NCBI RefSeq assembly: GCF_009914755.1
Contig: NC_060935.1
Source of the DNA: the human T2T-CHM13v2.0 reference genome, Homo sapiens
Strand: one strand, 5' to 3'
Length of the DNA: 64,000 nucleotides
Shown here: piece by piece, positions 30,071 through 43,769 of the stretch
How the letters are laid out: each line of letters begins with the position of its first letter
Numbering within the stretch: the stretch's first letter is position 1
The notes under the pieces: generated by a model
Seen by the model: only the letters and a program-made list of their open reading frames with translations
Told to the model about the DNA's origin: nothing
Databases searched by the model: none
Made by a program: the position numbers and the translations under genes

Positions 30071-31895
30071 AAGGAAAGGACCGATTTAGAAGGTAAACTG
30101 GATATGAGTTGCCTCTTGTCTCTGAAGAGTGCCCCAACCATGGAGGGGCTAAGAGGGAGAAGACAACAGGTGCTCATAGGTGAGAATCAAGAGGGAGCTT
30201 GGGCAGGGAATATGTCTAGGACCTGATCAAGCCAAGAGAGGGACCAGACCACATGGGACGCCAGCCACAGGCTTCAGTGGCCCCCACCTGGGGGCCAGCT
30301 TGGACCACGCCACCTCCGCAGGCCCAGGGCAAGAAGCAGCCCAGACCAGCGACTCTGCAGCTAGCCAGCAAGGATCCGAAGGCCACCACCTCCCTCTGCC
30401 ACCACACATGCAGGCCCCAGTCCTTCTCCACACACCCGGGCACCATCTCATGGAGGGGCAGGAGGGAAAATATGAGGGACTGGGATTTTTTTGGTTTTGT
30501 TTTACTTAAAGAGGCTAACCATGACTTCTAAAAACCTGCATCAAATTAGGTTACAGGATTGGACTAAAAGTGTTTTATCAAGCAGCCAGGTCCTGTGCGG
30601 AAAATCAGAGTAATTATAAACAAATAAAGGAATGACATTTTCTCTGCACCCCCAAGAGAAGTGTGGGGAATTTTGAGAGTGCCTACACCTGTGTTAGCCT
30701 GGCAGCCCCACACTAGCTAGAAAAAGGAGGCCGAGCTTCAAGGGCTGAAAACAGTCTCTCAGGGATTTTAGATGCAAACGTGTTCTTGGGTAAAGCCCAG
30801 AGAACCACAAAAGCTAAGGCAAGCTTCATCCAAAGATAAAGAGATGTTTCTGCCACCCACCCAACCTCGGAGCCAGTCCTCAGTTCTCACCCACAATACC
30901 CACAGCCAGAGGGCCTAGGAACCTTGCTCAATCCCATTTCACTCCTTCTCTGCTGGCTGCTGGAGTCCCCAGGAAATAAAGCCAGGAGGCTGCCAGCTGG
31001 CCTCAGCAATCCTCCTTCCTCTTCCTTCGCTCTCCTCCTGTGCTGCTCAGGAAATTGCACACATTTCCCCTGGCTTGGTGCTGGCCAGCAGCGCAGATGT
31101 CTGCCCCATTCACCTGCCACATGAGGCCACGGGGTAGGAAATGAGGAGGGCGAGCTCATGGGAAGGGAAAGCAAACTCAGGGTGACGGCAGAGCTACAGG
31201 GCACAAGGATGGGGAGAACCCATTTATTTAGATGAGACTGTGGGCCCCTGCCTTATTTAGGGGCCCAATCCTGGAAATGCTTATAAATCAGTATCAAAAA
31301 TGCCTTCATTCATCCAGAACAATCTGGAGGGGAAAGTACCCTGCCAGCTGGGTAGTAAGAAGGATGCAGAAGAAATTGTTAAAAGTAACAGACATTGTTT
31401 CAATCATTCATTCAACCAGCAGTTATCAAGTGCCTGATTTGAGCGGGTGGGTGTTTTAGGCATTGGGGATAGGGCGATGAATAAGACAATAGTGTGGGAG
31501 GAAGGCAAGAAACTAATACACACAGCATGTATGTATACACATACACATGCATGTACAATACACCTATGTGCATTTCTACATACAAAATACATGTCTGCTA
31601 TACACAGATATGTGTACATATAACACATATGTAGCATGAAGTAGGGATGAGTAATATGAAGAAAAGCAAAGCCAGGTTAGGGGAGAGAGAGGGTCAGGGA
31701 GGCCCCCCGAGCAGGCCCCTCCAAGGGAGAAGGGCCAGCAAGTTTGGAAAAGGCCTTTCTATTCTCCAAGGGCTCTCCTTGGGCCTTACCAGATCCTCTC
31801 CCTCAGGCCTCACATCAGTCCTATTGTCAAGTCAGGGAAACTCAGGACTAGAAAGATTAGTCAGGATTTGAATCTTTATCTCTGAGCTGCCCTGA

Positions 31896-32202
<307 letters not shown>

Positions 32203-32226
32203 GCCCTGACTCCTAAATACTATGAA

Positions 32227-32530
<304 letters not shown>

Positions 32531-32769
32531 ACAACTATGAAGTCCCAAGTCTTCCAGAAACTCCCATCTCATCAGAAAGGCCCTAAACAAGGAAGCAATG
32601 AAATGAGGGAGTTGAGGGCACAGCCGGGAGAGCAGATTCCCTGGGTTCCTGGGTGAGCCAGTGGGAGGCAGTAACAGAAGTAGAGGCCGGAGTGAGAGGG
32701 TGGTGCAGCCAGGGTATTCCTCCCCTTGTCCCCTCTGTCTCCTGCCTTGGTAGTAGCTCGTTCTGCTGT

Positions 32770-32862
32770 AGCAGCAGTCAGGACACTTTTTCTGTCAAGG
32801 GCCAGATGGTAAATATTTTAGGCTTTGCAGACCATATGGTCTCTGTTGCCACTACTCCATCC
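32770..32862 (+). mobile_element. MER58A fragment
   Basis: TTTTCTGTCAAGGGCCAGATGGTAAATATTTTAGGCTTTGC. Confidence 0.75.
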
Positions 32863-33048
32863 TAACTATCCCACTCACTGGGGCTTTGGGGAAATTATTT
32901 CACCCTCCCACCATGCCTCTACTTCCTCAGTTATAAAACGGGAATCAAAAGAATTCCTACTTCGGGGGTTGTGAAAAGTATTACATGAAATAACATCTGT
33001 AAAATGCTTGGCACAAAATAAGCATTAAGAGCTGCCACTGCTGTTGTA

Positions 33049-33359
33049 CAGCAGGCCTTCCGCTTCATCGGGTTCCACATCCACCAATCACAGAAGGAAG
33101 ATATACAAAGCACTAAGTAACAACAATACAACAATAAAAATAGTCCAAATAAAAAACAATATAGTATAACAACTATGTAGCGTTTACATTGTATGAGGTA
33201 TCATTAATAATCTAGAGATGATTGAATGTATACAAAAGGATGTGCATAGGTCATATGCAAATACTACACCATTTTATATAAGGGACTTAAGAATTCTTGG
33301 ATTTTGATATCTAAGGGGAGTCCTGGGACCAATCCCCTGTGAATACTGAGGGACGACTG
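33049..33359. mobile_element. Tigger3a/MER7A-like TcMar MITE
   Basis: TA-flanked CAGCAGGCCTTC...GAGGGACGACTG; internal AATCTAGAGATGATT, ATATGCAAATACTACACCATTTTATAT. Confidence 0.85.
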
Positions 33360-34912
33360 TATTTACCTCTGCCCTTGCAAGTCAGCAGGTGATTAAGCAC
33401 TGGTGGGTCACCTGTCCTACCCTCACTCCTGATCCCAGATGTAAAGACCTCTCTCTCTGGCCTCTCTATCAGGAGAGGCCCAACCGCAGATTGACTGAGC
33501 TCAGACAGAAGCAGCCCCTTGGAGGTGAAGTCAGGCCCTTGCACAAACATTACCTTATCTTGCTGAATTTCTCACAGCAATTCTGTCCATTTGATAGAAA
33601 GGAAGACTGAGGGTATGGATGATAAGAACTGCTCAGTTTATGACACCATCCTGTTCTGATGCACCATTTCCTCACAGATGGGGAGGTGTTCAGCTGAAAA
33701 AGTAGCAGACCAAATGAGTCGTCTAGAGGTGAGAGAAAAGGTGTCCGCTTCTCCTTTTTCATTCCTTCCCCAGACAGCCTCAAACTGTCCCTAAGGTGCC
33801 ACAGGATCATGCTTCTCTCCCATGTTCCTTCCCGGCAGCGACTATGCAGACCTCCCCCTGCTCCATCAGAATCCATCAAGACCTACCCTCCTGTGTTCCA
33901 GGCTCTCTGGGCCTCCTAATCTCACAAATACATTTGAATAATAATAAAAGCTGATTTGACAATGGGATGAGCTCCCAGAGAGCATATACATTTTAGCAAA
34001 GCTTTAATTCCTTTGAGGGTGGACTAGTCATAGTGGTATTGTCAGGTACCATGGTAGACCCTTTGAAGATATTTTCATTTGGTTGGGAAAGGAGATATGG
34101 AAGCTTTGTTCCATCTGACAGATGAAAAAAATTGAAGCTCAAAGCATGTATATATCTAGTAATGCCCTCCTACTTAGATCATGCTGGGATATCTGCCATG
34201 GAAATCAGAAATATAAATGCTATCACATAGATCAAGAATTTAGCACAGTAAATATTAGTTATCTGACCTTCTCCCTTTCCAATCCTCTAACCCTAGGCTG
34301 GAGGAGATATTTAGGTAAAGCATTTAGGTAAAGTAAGGAAGGACAATGGAAGCCAGATATTAAAGAGGAAGAGTTCCAATTGGATATAGAGAAGGAGAAA
34401 GTGAAGAGGGGTTATTTACAGAGATAGATTGCACATTCATCCAATCACAATTTAAAATTTGCCAAACCTAACCCATTTTCCATAAATCCATTTACTGACA
34501 TCTAGAAACCCCACTGAGAAATCTTTTTCTGGTCTCCTTTTGAAGAGTTATTTAATTCCCAGGAAGCCTGGCCCAGTGGCAAGATATTTCCAAGAAAAGG
34601 GAGGGGAATCTAATTCTCTATTTGGTTTAATTTTGTTCTGGAACACTTATGAAGGCTCAAATCCAAGGGGAGAAAAAATACACTCCTACTTCAGGCTGCA
34701 CAGCAAGGACAGAAAGAGAAAGCAAAAAATTCCCTGTAAAAAGAGGTAGGCACAACCTCACTAATATTTGCACCACTTTACAAACATAATTTGCCTGAAT
34801 TTGGAGGGAAACAGGACTTCCAAGACCAAGGGCAGGTGGAGAAGATGGAACAAAATGAATGTTTCCATCTTGTAAAGGTTTGAAAGGGAGTGTACTTTAA
34901 CAGTGGAAGAGG

Positions 34913-35440
34913 AATGGATGGATGGAGGGATGGAGGTAGGGATGGATGGATGGGTGGGTGGGTGGGTAGGTGGATGAATGGATATGTGGGTGGAAAGATT
35001 AGTGGGGTGGATGTATGGCTGTGTGCGTGTATGGGTAGATCAATAGGATGGATGGAGGGAGGATGGATGGATGAATGGATGGATATGTGGGTGGAAAGAT
35101 TAGTGGGGTGGATGTATGGCTGTGTGTATGGGTAGATAGGATGGATGGATGGATAGATGGATGGGTGGGTGGACGGGTGGGTGGGTGAGTGAGTGAACTG
35201 ATATGTGGGTGGAGAGATTAGTGGGATGGATGTATGGCTATGTGTGTGTATGGGTAGATAGATAGGAGGGATGGATGGATGGATAGATAGGTGAGTGGAT
35301 AGATTAGTGGGTGGATGTATGTTTATGTGTGTGGATGGGTGGATGGAAGGAGTGTGCATGGATAAATGGACAAATGGATGGATGTGTATACGGGTGGGTG
35401 AATGGATGGCTGGATGGGCGGGTAGGTGATGAATGGGAAG
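34913..35440. repeat. (TGGA)n/(TGGG)n simple repeat with an embedded repeated block of about 58 bp
   Basis: GATATGTGGGTGGAAAGATTAGTGGGGTGGATGTATGGCTGTGTG..TATGGGTAGAT at 34981, 35082, 35200 and degenerate near 35286. Confidence 0.9.
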
Positions 35441-35444
35441 GTAG

Positions 35445-35790
35445 GAGAACTAGGTGGCTAGCTAAATCCTGCTTATGCTTGAATTTTGTTTGGCCTGCAT
35501 GATGTTTTGGAAACATTTGAATCAGTTGCTTTCATTTAAAGCAGAGAAAATTTTACCTAAAACCTTTGATTTCTGCCTTCTCTTGAAAAATCAAGGGAGC
35601 TGGCAAAAGTGAGACCACATTTCTTCATGGCAACAATTAACTAGAGCTGAGTAATGACTGTCCCTTTAAACAGGGCACACATGCTTCAGTCCCCCAGAGT
35701 CCCTGCTGATGCACATTGGCTCTAACACCTGTCAACTTCACTCTGCCAAAGTATCTGCCTGCCCAGGAGGCATTCATAAATGCAATAAAG
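35445..35790 (+). mobile_element. MER102 hAT-Charlie
   Basis: CTTCTCTTGAAAAATC...CATGGCAACAATT...GAGCTGAGTA. Confidence 0.7.
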
Positions 35791-35810
35791 GACCTAGTAA
35801 ACATAGGCCC

Positions 35811-36169
35811 CATCCTAGTCCATTCAAGTTGCTATAACAAAATACCTTACACTAGGTAGTTTATGAATAACAGAAATGTATTGCTCACAGTTCTGGAGGC
35901 TGGGAAGTCCATGAACCAGGCACTAGCAGATCTGGTGTCTGGTGAAGGCTCACAGATACTTCATAGATGATGCATCTTGCTGCATCCTCACCTGGTAGAA
36001 GGGACCTGGGAACTCCCTTCAACCTCTTTAGCAAGGTCACTAATCTTATTCATGGAGGCTCTGTCTTCATGACTTCATCACCTCTTAAAGCCTCCATCTC
36101 TTAATACTGTCACATTGGTGATTAAGCTTCAACATATAAATTCTGGGGGAACATATTCAGACTATAGCA
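35811..36169 (-). mobile_element. MLT1A LTR
   Basis: GCTCACAGTTCTGGAGGCTGGGAAGTCC...CATATTCAGACTATAGCA. Confidence 0.85.
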
Positions 36170-38626
36170 GACCTTTCAGTAAGCAGACACATAGCAAGTG
36201 TATTCTTCTCCATGTTGCTTTTTACTACTTCCACTGTCACAATCCAAGCCTTACAGGATGGACATAGAGGTTCCATGGGTTACACAAGACCTTGGTTCTT
36301 GCCCCTCCGTATACCTCCAGTATGGAGATCTAACCTCTCAGCAAAACACTTAAAGCCCTTCCACATCCAAGTTCCCACATGCCTACTAAACTCTATATTC
36401 TATGCCACTGCAAACTCAAATATCTAAACTGGCTTTCCTATTAGGTAGGACATGAACCAGCAGTTCTTTGCCTTTGTTTGTGTTATTTCTTCTTCCAGAA
36501 ATGGGCCCTCTCACCTCTCACTGTCTGGTTAACCCTTCATCTTTCAGCCTTAGCTCAAGTATCACCTTCTTGTTGAAGTCTTCTCTGACCACTCTCTCCA
36601 GACAGAATGAAATACTCCCTTCTCTCTGTCCCTACAACTTGGACAATTATATGAACACAGACCCCTGTGACTGTCTCTCCCAGGAACCACAACACCTTAC
36701 CTGATCCCCGGGACTCAGTACAGTTCCTGGTTGGTTTTCAGGCACATTTGTTGTTGCACGAGTCATTAGATAAGATGTACCCATCTAGCCATTGAAATAT
36801 CAAGGAAATGCTTTACTGCTATGGTCAGGTTGTGCACCACACCACTGAAGGAAACACCGTAGACATAGATCAAAATAGGAATGGAGCCCCCCAGATTGTA
36901 CAGTACACAGCAGGATAGGTGGAGGACCTGCCCACAGCCCATCCTGGCCTTGGATGACATGGTCCTTCTTCATAATCATATCCAGTTACTGTTGACTTCT
37001 ACTGAGTGTCACCCAGTCCAGAGGCCCTCACTGAGTGAAAGGGACATCTATTATTCTACAATTAATCTATTCAGTACAGAGCCTCATCTTCTTCCTCATA
37101 ATCTTTCTCTCCCTCTGTCTTTTGGTTCTAGGCCTTAGTTCCTGACAGCCCCTGTGAAGGTATCTATAAGTTCTTTTCAGCTCTGATTCCAGGGATGGAG
37201 CTTACCAAACTATTTTCCATGCCACATGTCCCTCCTGCCTTCCTTCTTACCCGCTCCTGAAGCTGAAAGCCATGCCCTCCCATCCTTAGCTCATTCCTTC
37301 TTTCTAGGAGTTGGGCCAACAATTGGTGATCTGCACTAATCAGGTTGTCCAGGTTAAAGGACCTCCTCTTCACTACTCTTTGCAAAAGATCCTGTGTTTT
37401 TTTGTTTTGTTTTGTTTTCCCTGTAGCCTGTATTCTTTGAAGTATTTCCTCATACTCTACCCCCAAGCTAGGTAAGACTATCCTGGCAGCCAATCTGTTA
37501 TTGACCTAGAGTCCTCTGGTCACCTGACCTTTCCTGGCTGTCTTCAGGTGAGGACAGTGATTGTCTGCACTCGTTCATCTCCACCCTACCCCACCTCTGT
37601 TTCTTGAATTGTCATATGATCTACAGCCTAAGAGTATGCCCAAGGGTGCCAGGGAAGTGGGCCTAACCTACCTTCCACAGGTTCCCCATGCTGCCCTGAG
37701 TGAAACCCTTGTGAATCAGAGGGGCAGGGGGCTTGGAGCTTAGAAAAGGATTAGACAATATGAGGAAGTTCGGTTTTCCAGTGGAGACAGGCTGCTTCGT
37801 AAGTGCTGATACTTACAAAATAAGTTTGCAACTCTCTGTGGAGTTTACCATTGTTTCCAACGTTGGGAGGATCTGTGTCTGTACTTCCTTTCCCATCGTG
37901 CCTAGAACAGGGTGGATTACTAAATGTCGATGGCTGATGTGTAGGTCTAATATGGCCATCACTGCTCTTAACCTCTCCCTCTGGTAGCGGTACCTACTGC
38001 AATGAGTTACTTCTTCATTTCATTTGATTCATGGGGGCTGCCTGCCTGGCCACTGGTCTCGGCATGTGACCTAAGCCAGATAATCAAATAACCCATCTCC
38101 ATGGCCATAGTAACTTGCCAAGACAAGGGTGGCATGTGACCCACACAGACCAATTAGGGGTTTTCCCTGGGATTTTATATATAGGCTCCAGGAAAGAGAA
38201 ACTCTTTTCTTCCACTGGAGTTTCCAACTAGAGTGATGTAAGCCTACGGCTTACATAGTTTGGGACCAGGCCTCCCTCCCACTCTTCCTCTCTTTTGCCT
38301 CTGGAATGTATGAAGTCATACATTGAGAGAAGCAGACTTGGAGGTAGGAAGAGAAAAAGATGGCAAAAAGAATTGGGGAGAAAAGGAGAGAAAGAACAGT
38401 GGAGGGAAGAGAGAGGCCCACCAGGATCCAGCACATTTTTAAATTTTTTTGAGATAGGGTCTCTGTCACCCAGGCCGAAGTGCCGTGGGGCAGTCTCACT
38501 GCAGCCTCAACCTCCAAGGCTCAAGCAATCCTTCTACCTCAGCCTCCTGAGTAGCTGGGACTAAAGGTTTGTGCCTCTGTGCCTGGCTATTTTATCTTAT
38601 TTTATTTATTTATTTATTTATTTTGA

Positions 38627-38917
<291 letters not shown>

Positions 38918-39062
38918 TGACCTCTGAACTTTTTATTGGCCTCCTGCTCCCCAGAGAGTACCCTGCTTCTCCTGGCTTAATGTCTCAGAACTTTGGTGTC
39001 ACTGGTCTCAGACACCACTTTGCCATCCACTATCTGGCAGGTGGTGGTCTTTTGGATGGTTT

Positions 39063-40280
39063 TCATGGAGTTGCTGATGTCCAGGGCATCACCAAGATTG
39101 AAGTCCTCGCCGTCTTCCAGCAGGTGGTGGTAGTGGTGACCTCAACCTCCAGCTTGACCTTAATATTCAACAGGGCCTCATACTCCTTGGCCTGGCGCTG
39201 TCCCTCTGCCCAGGTCTGTGCCAGCTCTGACTCCAGGTGCAGCAGGATCCTGTTGAGCTGCTCCATCTGCAGGGCATAGTGGGCCTCCACCTCCCTCAGG
39301 CTGTTCTCCAAGCTGGCCTTCAGGTTTCTCATTGAGTCCAGGTCAATCTCCAAGGACTGGACCGTACATCTCAGCTCCATGAGTGTCATCTCAGCAGCTC
39401 CAACCTCGGTGGACTGTGTGGTGACCACTGTGGTGCTCTCCTCAATCTGCTGAGACGAGTACTTGTCCAGCTCCTCTAGGTTCTTCTGAGCCAACTTGTC
39501 ATATTGGGCCAGAATGTCTGCCATGATCTTGGTGAGGTCCTGAGATCTGGGGGCATCTGGCTCCACAGTCAACCCAGAGCTGGCAGTCTGGGCTTGCAGA
39601 CCTTTTACTTCCTCTTCATGGTTCTTCTTCATGAAAAGAAGCTCCTCCTTGAGAGCCTCAATCTCTGTCTCCAGCTGCAGCCGAGTGACATTAGTGTCAT
39701 CAATGACCCTGCGGAGTTTATGGATGTCACTCTCCACAGACTGGTGCATGGCCAGCTCTGTCTCATACTTGACTCTAAAGTCATCAGCAGCAAGACGGGC
39801 ATTGTCGATCTGCAGAATGATGTGGGCGTTGTCCACAGTATTTGTGAAGATCTGAGCCCTTAAGTCCTCGATGGTCTTGAAGTAATGGCTCCAGTCTCTG
39901 ACCTGGGGTCCCTTCTTCTCCAAGTGCTCCCAGATTTTGCTCTCCAGTTTCCGGCTCTCAGTCTCCAGTCTCCTCACTCTGTCCAGGTAGGAGGCCAGGT
40001 GGTTGTTCAGGCTTTGCATGGTCTCCTTCTCGTTCTGGATGCCTCCCATTCCTGCCAGACCCCCAGCCATCCCCGCAGCCAGGCCCCCAGGCCCATGCCA
40101 CCCTGGAAGCTGGTGGAGCGGGACACAGAGATCCGGGAACCAGAGCCCCCAGCGCCTGCATAGAGCGCCTGCATAGACGCTGGCCGCGCTGCTGACCAGC
40201 CGGGTGCCGTAGCTGGGCACCTGGACAGAGCCCAGGGACCGGCAGCTGGTGGAGAAGGTGGAGCGAGTGGTGAAGCTCAT
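39063..40280 (-). CDS. Residual 405-aa ORF of the KRT18 pseudogene (aberrant head segment and C-terminus; probably not functional)
   Basis: Stays open because +13 (40151-40176) and -1 (about 40090) compensate; a later -1 near 39134 destroys TYRRLLE. Confidence 0.2.
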   Translation of the reverse strand: MSFTTRSTFSTSCRSLGSVQVPSYGTRLVSSAASVYAGALCRRWGLWFPDLCVPLHQLPGWHGPGGLAAGMAGGLAGMGGIQNEKETMQSLNNHLASYLDRVRRLETESRKLESKIWEHLEKKGPQVRDWSHYFKTIEDLRAQIFTNTVDNAHIILQIDNARLAADDFRVKYETELAMHQSVESDIHKLRRVIDDTNVTRLQLETEIEALKEELLFMKKNHEEEVKGLQAQTASSGLTVEPDAPRSQDLTKIMADILAQYDKLAQKNLEELDKYSSQQIEESTTVVTTQSTEVGAAEMTLMELRCTVQSLEIDLDSMRNLKASLENSLREVEAHYALQMEQLNRILLHLESELAQTWAEGQRQAKEYEALLNIKVKLEVEVTTTTTCWKTARTSILVMPWTSATP

Positions 40281-41699
40281 GCCGTCCAGGGAGGAGAGTG
40301 AGAGGACAGGACTCAGACTTTGCCCTTATTTTATTTTTTGTAGAGATAGGTTCTCCCTACGTTGCCCAGGCTGATCTTGAACTTCTGGGCTCGAGCGATC
40401 CTCCTGCCTCAGCTTCCCAAAGTGCTGAGATTGCAGGTGTGAGTTGCCAAACCCATCCCTAGCACATTCTTGTGACCAGTTACCTGTTTACCTCTCATCA
40501 GCCTTCAGCTGCTCTCTGTCTCTGCCTCTCTTTGTGCCTTTAGCTTTAACTCATACCACCAAGCACATAAGTCTCCAGATTTTGGGGTCTGTGAGGGAAC
40601 CTGAAGGGCTCAGATAGTCACCCTTGTCCCAGTTAGACTTAACTTGTGCCCAACACCACCTCATGTGTTGGTGATCAATGTATGGATTGGCAGTCCTTAG
40701 GTGACAGACCAATTCCCTATGACCAGGGAGATGGAAGTCAAAAGGCACCATCGGTCAATGTAGGAGAAGAAACCCCAGAAAGGAGGCTGAGGCAATAGCA
40801 GCAACTGGCACTGTGGCCACCCAGGTCTACCAGCCACCCAGAATTTGATTCTTCAATATTTAATATTTATTAATAAGTAGAAAATACTGAGTCGACTGTT
40901 TGTAACTAACTCACACAGAACCCCAAAAATTAAATAAAAGGGAATGAGACATGGGAGGCAAAAAGCAATTTCCTCAAAAAATTCAATTTGTTTTGTTCTC
41001 TGTGTCTGATTTCCTTTGGGTTGGCCCTGCTTTCCTTAAGATCTCCAAAACCCCAGACTTGGCTTGCATCTGGAACAAAGGCAAGACGGGGGCCATTTCT
41101 CCAGCCCAAGCCCAGGCCCAGGCCCAGGCCCAAGCCCTGCCAATAACAGAGAGGCTGGCTCAACAGTGAGGTCTCCCCAGGATACATCAACCACCGCCTC
41201 AGTGTGAAAGATGATCAGCCATGAGCTTAATTCCTCATAAAATATCACTTAGGCCAGAGCAGGTTAGCTAAATATGTGGTCCTAAGAATTAAACAGTTTC
41301 CCTTTTAGCTCCAACAAAGAGGGGAAAGGTAGGGCTGCAGGGGTATCATTTTGCAGGGGCCTTCAGGGCTGCTCATGAGCTGGCTGCTAAGTTGCTTGAG
41401 GGCAACATCATTGCAATGATAGGGTTAAGGTTTTCTCATCTTCTGCTGGTCCATCCCTCCCCCTATTAACCATGCACGTTCCTTCAGTGCAGGTGGATAT
41501 CAGCAGAAATCTAAAGGTTCTCTCCCTCCTTCCCTAGGGACAAAACCCAGCCTCCAATCTCTATAGACTTTAGTGAAAGATGCCAGGAATGTAAAGTATG
41601 GTGAACATGCTTTGTCAGAGGTAAGACATCAGTGTATGTACGGCATTGGTTATACACGTTTTAATTTCATCACTAAAGGAAGTATATGATATTCACTAC

Positions 41700-42955
41700 T
41701 TTCCCCAATATGGCCTCTGATCTAGCTATGCTGGTTTCCTCAATATTCTTTGAACACAGCTGACACCACTCCCACTCAGGACTGCTGAACTGGCTGTTTC
41801 CTCTGCTTGGAATACTTTTCTCCTAGATAACTCTGTGGCATGCTCCCTTAATGTCACCTTTTCCGTGAAGCTCTCTCTGGTCACTCCATCCAAAGCCTCA
41901 GCCACTTCAAATTGCTGCCTTTCTTCCTTGCGCTGCTTTTCCCTACTTAGCCTTATTATTTACACTTGATATGTTTTATCGTTTAACTTGTTTGATCTGT
42001 TTCCCCTTACATAATGTAAGCTTCATGAAGTCAGGGATTTTTTTTTCCTTTTTAACTTTTAAGTTCAGGGGTACAAGTGCAGGCTTGTTACATAGGTAAA
42101 CTTATGTCATGGGGGTTTGTTGTATAGATTATTTCATCACCCAGGTATTAAGCCTAGTATCCATTAGTTGTTTTTCTTGATCCTCTCCCTCCTCCAACCC
42201 TCCACCCTCCAAAACGCCCCAGTGTGTGTTGTTATCCCCATGTGTCCATGTGTTCCTATCATTTAGCTCCTACTTATAAGTGAGAACATGAGGTATTTGG
42301 TTTTCTGTTCCTGTGTTAGTTTGCTGAGGATAACGGTTTCCAGCTCCATCCATGTCTTTGCAAAGGACATGATCTCATTCTTTTTTATGGCTGCATAGTA
42401 TTCCATGGTGTGCATATGTACCACATTTTCTTTATTTTTCTTTATTCAGTCTATCACTGATGAGTATTTAGGTTGATTCCATGTCTTCAATATTGTAAAT
42501 TATGCTGCAATGAACATATGCATGCATGTGTCTCTATAATAGAATAATTTATATTCCTTTGGGTATATACCCACCAATGGGATTGCTGGGTTGAATGGTA
42601 GTTCTGCTTTTAGGTCTTTGAGGAATCACCACACTGTCTTCCACAGTAGCTGAACTAATTTACACTCCCACCAACGTGTATAAGCGTTCCTTTTTCCCCA
42701 CAACCTCGCCAGCATGTTATTTTTTGACTTTTTAATAATAGCTATTCTTACTGGTGTGAGGTAGTATATCGTTGTGGTTATGATTTGCATTTCTCTAATG
42801 ATCATTGATGCTGAGTTTTTTTTCATATGCTTGTTGGCCACATGTATGAGGTCAGGGATTTTCATCTATTTCATTCACTGCCTCATCTCCAGTGATTAGA
42901 ACAGTGCCCGACCTTTAATAGATGCACAATAAACATTTGTTGCATTAGTGAATGT
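41700..42955 (+). mobile_element. L2 3' region interrupted by L1PA
   Basis: AATGTAAGCTTCATGA...GAACAGTGCCCGAC...CAATAAACATTTGTTG. Confidence 0.7.
42040..42845 (-). mobile_element. L1PA (PA13-like) 3' end, 5'-truncated
   Basis: TTTTAAGTTCAGGGGTACAAGTGCAGG 3' UTR; TSD ATGA(A/G)GTCAGGGATTTT at 42025 and 42846. Confidence 0.92.
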
Positions 42956-43270
42956 GTCAGAATGAGCCCATATTTGGGGTTAGATATGGGTTAGGATGTG
43001 TCCACAGCCAATTATGAACAGTGAGACCTGGGTACATGACTTCACCTCTCAGGATCTCAGTTCTCTTATCTGAAAGTTGGATATGACATCTATTTCATAA
43101 GGTCCTGGAAAATGTCAACAACGTAATGCATATAAAGGGTTGAACACATTGTCTGGCTAGGAAATAAGTTACTGCCTAGTTATATTACTATTGCAAGAAG
43201 AGTAAGTGGTTGCTACTTCTGAGGTGCTTGAAAACATTTCAACAGAAACACAAAGAAAAATAAAAAGCAT

Positions 43271-43769
43271 CCCAAAGGATTATAAATCATGCTGCTATAA
43301 AGATACATGCACATGTATGTTTATTGCGGCACTATTCACAATAGCAGAGACTTGGAACCAACCCAAATGTCCATCAATGATAGACTGGATTAAGAAAATG
43401 TGGCACATATACACCATGGAATACTATGCAGCCATAAAAAAGGATGAGTTCATGTCCTTTGTAGGGACATGGATGAAGCTTGAAACCATCATTCTGAGCA
43501 AACTATCACAAGGACAGAAAACCAAACACCGCATATTCTCACTCAGAGGTGGGAATTGAACAATGAGAACACTTGGACACAGGATGGGAAACATCACACA
43601 CCGGGGCCTGTTGTGCGGTGGGGGGAGGGGGGAGGAATGGCATTGGGAGATATACCTAATGCTAAATGACGAGTTAATGGGTGCAGCACACCAACACGGC
43701 ACATGTACACATATGTAACAAACCTGCACATTGTGCACATGTACCCTAGAACTTAAAGTATTAAAAAAA
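43271..43769 (+). mobile_element. L1PA4-like 3' end, 5'-truncated
   Basis: ORF2 C-terminus PKDYKSCCYKDTCT...HRIFSLRGGN*, G-rich 3' UTR, short polyA; flanking AAAATAAAA(A)GCATCC repeat. Confidence 0.95.

Noticed and set aside
30278-30297. Palindrome TGGCCCCCACCTGGGGGCCA as a CTCF site
   Set aside because: Each orientation mismatches a key core position, and 9-bp arms in a GC-rich patch are weak evidence.
34981-35345. CRISPR-like array (repeats with variable spacers)
   Set aside because: Eukaryotic context, spacers are microsatellite runs, repeats are diverged, and there are no cas genes.
34778-35359. 193-aa His/Pro/Ser/Ile-rich ORF
   Set aside because: It is the translation of the (TCCA)n simple repeat.
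39063-40280. Functional KRT18 gene
   Set aside because: Intronless, with polyA remnant and TSD, three frameshifts, loss of LNDR and TYRRLLE motifs, and CpG-decay substitutions.
41101-41137. (CCCAGG)n hexamer giving an AQAQAQ ORF
   Set aside because: Only about five units with no coding context.
43206-43559. 117-aa ORF with a recognisable domain
   Set aside because: It is the ORF2 C-terminus of a 5'-truncated L1PA, entered from flanking DNA.
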